DNA of 34,342 nucleotides, from the NCBI GenBank assembly GCA_040081625.1, contig JBEBGD010000060.1, forward strand, positions 1 through 34,342, read 5' to 3'. The translations under genes and the position numbers were made by a program. How positions within the stretch are numbered: the stretch's first letter is position 1; each line of letters starts with the position of its first letter. Under the pieces are notes generated by a model that saw only the letters and a program-made list of their open reading frames with translations, was not told the DNA's origin and did no database searches. The stretch is from Chthoniobacteraceae bacterium. Lineage in GTDB: Bacteria > Verrucomicrobiota > Verrucomicrobiia > Chthoniobacterales > Chthoniobacteraceae. This document shows, piece by piece, positions 28,791-34,342 of the stretch.

Positions 28791-31700
28791 ATGATGCTCC
28801 GCACCACGCTCCTCGCCCTCGTATTCACCGCCACGTCGCTCTTCGCGAAGACCCCCGACGGCAAAACGCTCGCCGTGCTCATCGCCGGCAAGCCTTCGCA
28901 CGGACCGGGGGCACACGAACACAACGCGGGCGTGCTGCTCCTCGCTAAATGTCTCGCTCAAGGCGCGCCGAATCTCGTGACGAAGGTTCATCTCAACGCT
29001 GAATGGCCCGACGCTGCGGAACTCGCGCAGGCGGACACGATCGTCATCTACTCCGACGGCGGCAAAGGCCATCCCGTGCTCATCGGCGACCGGGTCGCGC
29101 AGCTCGACAAGGAGATGAAGCGCGGCTGTGGATTCGTGACGCTGCATTACGCCGTGGAAGTGCAGCGCGATGATGCCGGGCCGAAGTTCCTCGAATGGCA
29201 GGGCGGCTACTTCGAGGCGGACTACAGCGTGAACCCGCACTGGGTCGCGAACTTCTCCGAGCTGCCGAGACATCCGATCAGCAATGGCGTGAAGCCGTTC
29301 AGCACGCTCGACGAATGGTATTACCACATGCGCTTCCGCACCGGGATGAAGGACGTGACGCCCATCCTCAGCGACTTGCCACCTGCTTCTTCGCTTTCGC
29401 GCCCGGACGGCCATCACTCGGGAAATCCAGACGTGCGGACGGCTGTCGCGGCGGGACAAAAGCAGCACGTCGCGTGGGCGGCGAACCGTCCCGACGGCGG
29501 ACGCGGGTTCGGGTTCACCGGCGGCCATTTCCACAGCGGCTGGGCGAATGACGACCAGCGCAAGCTCGTGCTCAACGCGATCCTCTGGACCGCGAAGGTG
29601 GACGTGCCAACGAGCGGCGTGGAATCGAAGGTGACCGACGACGATCTCAAGGCGAACCTCGATCCCAAGGTCCCGCGCGGAGAGCGCAAGCCGGCGGCAA
29701 CACCCGCGCCAGCAAGACCGAAGGCCGCGTCGAAGCCCGCGGATGACGGCGATGCTCATGCGACGCCGGTCGCGACGACGAAGACAATCACGCGCGGCCC
29801 GGAGTCGATCAAAGCGAACCTGATGGGGGCGAAGGAACTTCACCTCGTCGTGACCGACGCCGGCGACGGCATCCGCGCCGACTGGGCAAATTGGATCGAG
29901 CCGACGCTCGTCAAGGCGGACGGCGCGCGCGTGCCGCTCACGTCGGTCGCGTGGAAGGCCGCACAGCAAGGCCACGGTGAGACGATGCGAAATCGCAACT
30001 GCATGAGGCAGGCGCTCAAGGTCCGCGACGAAAAGGTCGTGGACGGCATCGGCACGCACGCGCCGTCGCTCATTAGTTTCGATCTGCCGCCGGGCGTCGT
30101 CGCATTCGAGGCGCGCGTGGCGATCGACGACGGCGGCTTTGCACAGAACATCGGCGGCACCGCCGTCTTCCAAGTCTTCACAAAAAAACCCGGCGCGGCT
30201 GCACTGAAAGTGTCGCCCGACACGGCACCGGACAAAGGCGTCTCGCTCGGGCTCGCGGCGGCGAAGGCGAATATGAAGCAGTTCAAGGCCGCCGATGGCC
30301 TCGGCGCATCGCTCTTCGCGGCGGAGCCGATGACTCAGAATCCGACGAACATTGACATCGACCCTCGCGGACGCGTCTGGGCGGTCGAGAATGTGAACTA
30401 CCGCTCGAAGATGAAACCGTGGGGAATCCTGCGCGAGGAAGGCGATCGCGTCGTGATCCTCGAGGACACTAACGGCGACGGCGAAGCGGACACGGAGAAA
30501 GTTTTCTGGCAGAGCCGCGAGCTTTTCAATGCGCTCGGCATCTGCGTGCTCCCGCAGGAGAAAGGCACGCAGGTGATCGTGAGCAGCGCACCGAATGTTT
30601 GGCTGCTCACCGATTCCGACGGCGACGACAAGGCCGACAAGACCGAGATCATCGCGCAGGTCAAAGGCAGCCCCGAGCACGATCATCAGGTCCACGCCTT
30701 CGTCTTCGGTGCTGATGGAAAACTCTACTTCAACTTCGGCAACGAAAGCCGCGACCTGCTCAAGCCCGATGGCACGTTCTTCACGGACCTCGCCGGCAAT
30801 CGCACCGCCGCCGACGGCAAGCCGTATCGGCAGGGCGTTGTCTTCCGCTGCGATCTCGTGGACGGAAAGATCACCAACGTCGAGACGCTCGGCTGGAACT
30901 TCCGCAACAACTACGAAGTCGCCGTGGATAGCTTCGGCACGATGTGGCAGAGCGACAACGACGACGACGGCAACAAGGGCGTGCGCATCAACTACGTGAT
31001 GCCCTTTGGAAACTTCGGATTCACCGACGAGATGACTGGCGCGGGCTGGCGCGTCGAGCGCACGAATCTCGAGACCGAGATTCCGCTCCGTCATTGGCAC
31101 CTGAACGATCCCGGCGTCGTGCCGAACCTGCTCCAGACCGGCGCCGGCTCGCCCACGGGCATCCTCGTCAATGAAGGCAGCGCGCTTGGGGCGAAGTTCG
31201 AGAACCAGCTCATCCATTGCGACGCCGGCCCGCGCACGGTGCGTGCGTATCCGATCGAAGCGGACGGCGCGGGATACAAAGCCACGATGGTCGATATCCT
31301 CACGAGCGAGGATCCGTGGTATCGGCCGAGCGATGTGGCCATCGCGCCGGACGGCTCGCTCTACGTCGCCGACTGGTATGATCCGGGCGTCGGCGGACAC
31401 AACATGGGCGATCACGAGAAGGGAAAGATTCGCGGCCGCATCTACCGCGTGGCGCCGACCGGCGCGAAGCTGGGCGCGCCCGCGGCGAAGTTCGACACCG
31501 CCGCCGACTGCATCGCCGCGCTGCAATCGCCCAACCCCGCGACCATGTATGTCGCATGGCAGAAGCTCTCCAAGCTCGGTGCCGCCGCTGAACCCGACCT
31601 CGCGAAGCTGTGGAAGGACGGCACGAACCCACGCCACCGCGCCCGCGCGCTCGCGCTGCTCGCACGGCTGCCGGACAAAGGCGGCATCTATCTCCGCGAA

Positions 31701-33242
31701 GGACTGCGCGATGCGAACAGCGACCTGCGCATCGCCGCGATCCGCCTCACCGTGACGCTCGCTCGCACCAAGGAACTCGATACGCAGAAGCTTGAGAGTG
31801 ACCGCGGGCTCATGGGCACGCTCCTTCAGGATCCGAACCCGCAGGTGCGCCGCGAGATGGCCCTCTCGATGCACGGGGCGAAGAAGATCTCCGAGCTCTG
31901 GGCTGCGCTTGCATACAAGCACGATGGCAAGGATCGCTGGTATCTTGAGGCGCTCGGCATCGGCGCGGCGGGGCAGGAAGACGAGTGCTTCGATGCCTTG
32001 ATGCGCGTCGTCGGCGACAATTGGAATTCCCCCGGCGGGCGCGACATCATCTGGCGCATGCGCACGCCGAAGGCAGCACCCTACCTCGTGAAGATCCTCG
32101 AAGATCCAAGCGCGCAGGACAAGCCGCGCTACGTGCGCGCCTTCGACTTCCTCCCCGCCTCACCCGGGAAGACCAAGGCGCTCGTGCAGCTCGCCACCGC
32201 GGGCAAGGCCGGCGACGACATCGCCCGCGAGGCGCTCGTGCGGCTCAAGGGCGTGGACTTGAACGCCGAGCCCGCCGTGGCCGCGGCGATGAATGGCGCG
32301 CTGGAGAAGGCAAAGGGCACGCTGCAATTTATCGAGTTGGTGCGCGACTTCGGCATCAAGGGCCAGGGCGCGGCGATCCTCGCCACCGCGGTGAAGTTTG
32401 CGAACGACCCCGGCGCGAGCGACGCGCTGAAAGTCTTCTTTGCGGAAGAGAACTGGCAGCAGACCCTCAACGACGCCATCGCCAGCGAACGCGGCGCCGA
32501 CGTGCTCGCGCTGCTCGGCACCGCCGGTGGAAACCGCGGCCTGGCCCGCCTCAGCGGCGTGGTGACCAACGCGCAGCAGAAGCCCGAGCTGCGGCAGGCC
32601 GCCGTGCGCGCACTCGCCCGCACCGAGGCCGGTGCGAAGGCGCTCGTGGCGCTGGCTGACGCGGGCAAGTTCCCCGAGGACGCGAAGCTCACCGCCGCCA
32701 ATGCGCTCTCGATGGTGCAATACGCGAACCTCAAGGACGCAATCGCGAAACACTTCCCCTTGCCCAACGCTCTCGGCGGACAACCGCTTCCTCCCATCGC
32801 CGAGTTGGTGAAGCTGTCCGGCGACATCGCCAAGGGCAAAGCCATCGCGGAGCGCGCGGAGAGTTCGTGCGTTTCGTGTCACCGCATCGGCGCGGTCGGC
32901 GTGGATGTCGGCCCGGGCCTGACCGAGATCGGATCGAAGCTGCCGCCCGCCGTGCTCTTCGAGTCGATCATCAGCCCCAACGCGGGCCTGAGCATGGGCT
33001 TCGAGTCGTGGCAGTTCACACTCAAGGATGGCGGCGCGGCGATGGGCATCATCCGCAGTGAGACGGCGACCGAAGTCATCGTCGCCCTGCCCGGCGGCGC
33101 TACGGTGAAGCTCGCGCGCGACAACATCGCCAAGCGCGAGAAGCTCGCGACCTCGATGATGCCGAGCGGCCTCAACCAGGCGCTGAGCAAGGATGACCTC
33201 GTGAACCTCGTCGCCTACCTGAGTTCGCTGAAGACGAAATGA
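28791..33242 (+). CDS. Secreted multidomain protein: ThuA-like - NPCBM - PVC dehydrogenase propeller - HEAT - cytochrome c (1483 aa)
   Basis: ThuA-like IAGKPSHGPGAHEH, LHYAV, DEWYY, GRGFGFTGGH; NPCBM GIGTHAPS and DAGDG; propeller FAAEP, EDTNGDG, NFRNNYE, YVADWYD; CVSCH (32868-32882) and SMMPSGL. Confidence 0.88.
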   Translation: MMLRTTLLALVFTATSLFAKTPDGKTLAVLIAGKPSHGPGAHEHNAGVLLLAKCLAQGAPNLVTKVHLNAEWPDAAELAQADTIVIYSDGGKGHPVLIGDRVAQLDKEMKRGCGFVTLHYAVEVQRDDAGPKFLEWQGGYFEADYSVNPHWVANFSELPRHPISNGVKPFSTLDEWYYHMRFRTGMKDVTPILSDLPPASSLSRPDGHHSGNPDVRTAVAAGQKQHVAWAANRPDGGRGFGFTGGHFHSGWANDDQRKLVLNAILWTAKVDVPTSGVESKVTDDDLKANLDPKVPRGERKPAATPAPARPKAASKPADDGDAHATPVATTKTITRGPESIKANLMGAKELHLVVTDAGDGIRADWANWIEPTLVKADGARVPLTSVAWKAAQQGHGETMRNRNCMRQALKVRDEKVVDGIGTHAPSLISFDLPPGVVAFEARVAIDDGGFAQNIGGTAVFQVFTKKPGAAALKVSPDTAPDKGVSLGLAAAKANMKQFKAADGLGASLFAAEPMTQNPTNIDIDPRGRVWAVENVNYRSKMKPWGILREEGDRVVILEDTNGDGEADTEKVFWQSRELFNALGICVLPQEKGTQVIVSSAPNVWLLTDSDGDDKADKTEIIAQVKGSPEHDHQVHAFVFGADGKLYFNFGNESRDLLKPDGTFFTDLAGNRTAADGKPYRQGVVFRCDLVDGKITNVETLGWNFRNNYEVAVDSFGTMWQSDNDDDGNKGVRINYVMPFGNFGFTDEMTGAGWRVERTNLETEIPLRHWHLNDPGVVPNLLQTGAGSPTGILVNEGSALGAKFENQLIHCDAGPRTVRAYPIEADGAGYKATMVDILTSEDPWYRPSDVAIAPDGSLYVADWYDPGVGGHNMGDHEKGKIRGRIYRVAPTGAKLGAPAAKFDTAADCIAALQSPNPATMYVAWQKLSKLGAAAEPDLAKLWKDGTNPRHRARALALLARLPDKGGIYLREGLRDANSDLRIAAIRLTVTLARTKELDTQKLESDRGLMGTLLQDPNPQVRREMALSMHGAKKISELWAALAYKHDGKDRWYLEALGIGAAGQEDECFDALMRVVGDNWNSPGGRDIIWRMRTPKAAPYLVKILEDPSAQDKPRYVRAFDFLPASPGKTKALVQLATAGKAGDDIAREALVRLKGVDLNAEPAVAAAMNGALEKAKGTLQFIELVRDFGIKGQGAAILATAVKFANDPGASDALKVFFAEENWQQTLNDAIASERGADVLALLGTAGGNRGLARLSGVVTNAQQKPELRQAAVRALARTEAGAKALVALADAGKFPEDAKLTAANALSMVQYANLKDAIAKHFPLPNALGGQPLPPIAELVKLSGDIAKGKAIAERAESSCVSCHRIGAVGVDVGPGLTEIGSKLPPAVLFESIISPNAGLSMGFESWQFTLKDGGAAMGIIRSETATEVIVALPGGATVKLARDNIAKREKLATSMMPSGLNQALSKDDLVNLVAYLSSLKTK

Positions 33243-34288
33243 TCCGCCGCGATTTCATCCGCCTCGCCGGTGTAACCGCGGCTGCGCCGTGGATCGCCCG
33301 CGCGCAGCAGCCGCGGGTTCGCATCGGCCAGATCGGCACCGGACACGCGCACGCCGGCGGCAAGATGGACGCGATCCGCAGCTCCGCGGAGTATGAAGTC
33401 GTCGGCGTCGTGGAGCCCGATGCCGCGCGCCGCGCGCGCGCCGAACAATCCAAGACTTACGCGAGCCTTCGCTGGATGAGCGAGGACGAGTTGCTCGCCG
33501 CGCCCGGCCTGCAAGCCGTCGCAGTCGAGACCGAGGTGAAGGATCTGCTGGCCGTCGCCGCACGCTGCATCGCCGCGGGAAAACACATCCACCTCGACAA
33601 ACCCGCCGGCGAATCGCTCCCGGCCTTCAAGCGCGTTCTCGACGAGGCCACAGCGCGCAAGCTCACCGTGCAGATGGGCTACATGTTCCGCTACAATCCC
33701 GCGTTCGTGCTCCTCTTCCAGCTTCTGCGCGATGGCGCGCTCGGCGAGGTCTTCGAGGTCGATACCGTGATGAGCAAGCTCATCGATCCCGCCGGCCGCA
33801 AGGCACTGCTGCCGTATCGCGGCGGGTCGATGTTCGAACTCGGCTGCCACGTCATCGACGCGGTCGTGACCGTGCTCGGCCGCCCGCAAAAGGTGACCGC
33901 ATTCAATCGCAGCACCGCGGGCGACGGCTTCCCCGACAATCAGCTCGCCGTGCTCGAATACCCGAAAGCCACGGCGACCGTCCGCAGCGCGCTCGTGGAA
34001 GTCGATGGCGGCGCGCGGCGGCAGTTCGTCGTGTGCGGGACGAAAGGCACGTTCGATCTCCGGCCCATCGAGGCTCCCGCCGTGCGACTCGCGCTCGACG
34101 CAGCGCGCGGCGAATGGAAGCGCGGTTATCAGGACGTGAAGTTCCCGAAGAGTGGCGGTCGCTACGACGGCGAGTTCGCCGATCTCGCGAAAGTCATCCG
34201 CGGGGAGAAGGAGTTCGCCTTTTCCCCGGCGCACGATCTCGCCGTGCAGGAAACGGTGCTGCTCGCGAGCGGACTGCCGATAACCTGA
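33239..34288 (+). CDS. Gfo/Idh/MocA family oxidoreductase with Tat signal (349 aa)
   Basis: IRRDFI twin-arginine motif, IGTGHAH, HIHLDKP, GYMFRYNP and GGSMFELGCHVID; ATGA overlap with the upstream gene. Confidence 0.9.
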   Translation: MIRRDFIRLAGVTAAAPWIARAQQPRVRIGQIGTGHAHAGGKMDAIRSSAEYEVVGVVEPDAARRARAEQSKTYASLRWMSEDELLAAPGLQAVAVETEVKDLLAVAARCIAAGKHIHLDKPAGESLPAFKRVLDEATARKLTVQMGYMFRYNPAFVLLFQLLRDGALGEVFEVDTVMSKLIDPAGRKALLPYRGGSMFELGCHVIDAVVTVLGRPQKVTAFNRSTAGDGFPDNQLAVLEYPKATATVRSALVEVDGGARRQFVVCGTKGTFDLRPIEAPAVRLALDAARGEWKRGYQDVKFPKSGGRYDGEFADLAKVIRGEKEFAFSPAHDLAVQETVLLASGLPIT

Positions 34289-34342
34289 TTCGGCATTCGG
34301 CGCATCGCGGCGCAAAATCGCGCCCGAGCAACGGTCGCGGAG

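Noticed and set aside
27477..31922. 1481-aa minus-strand ORF, and similar long antisense ORFs at 652-2613, 3156-5699, 9352-11664, 11595-12995, 17412-19664, 19348-21762 and 33215-34315
   Set aside because: They lie opposite well-supported genes. High GC3 removes antisense stop codons, and the translations have no domain motifs.

Overview
High-GC bacterial chromosomal segment. The gene content (long GreA, PVC-type haem/dehydrogenase proteins, Tat-exported Gfo/Idh/MocA enzymes, a sulfatase) points to Verrucomicrobiota or another PVC-group organism; this is an inference. Left to right: a truncated response regulator, a 609-aa GreA, a 1130-aa TIR-transmembrane-(32-aa YD-like repeat, about 24 units) protein, a tightly coupled DUF1475-DUF2062-DUF1295-methyltransferase operon, an orphan RmlC-like cupin, uvrD/pcrA, tpiA, pgk, a PilC/GspF gene with a sigma-54-type promoter, a membrane protein, a soluble PAS4-GAF hybrid kinase, a small secreted protein, a Tat oxidoreductase, a 94-bp palindromic element and an RluA-family gene. 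The last 12 kb form an exported catabolic locus: sulfatase, split PVC dehydrogenase plus cytochrome c, glycosidase-like protein, ThuA-NPCBM-dehydrogenase-cytochrome c fusion and a Tat oxidoreductase. The strongest candidate for an undescribed system is the Toll-like-receptor-style TIR-TM-repeat protein; the second is the putative periplasmic redox glycan-degradation locus. I saw no rRNA, tRNA, CRISPR array or transposase. All family calls come from motif recognition by eye, not from database searches.
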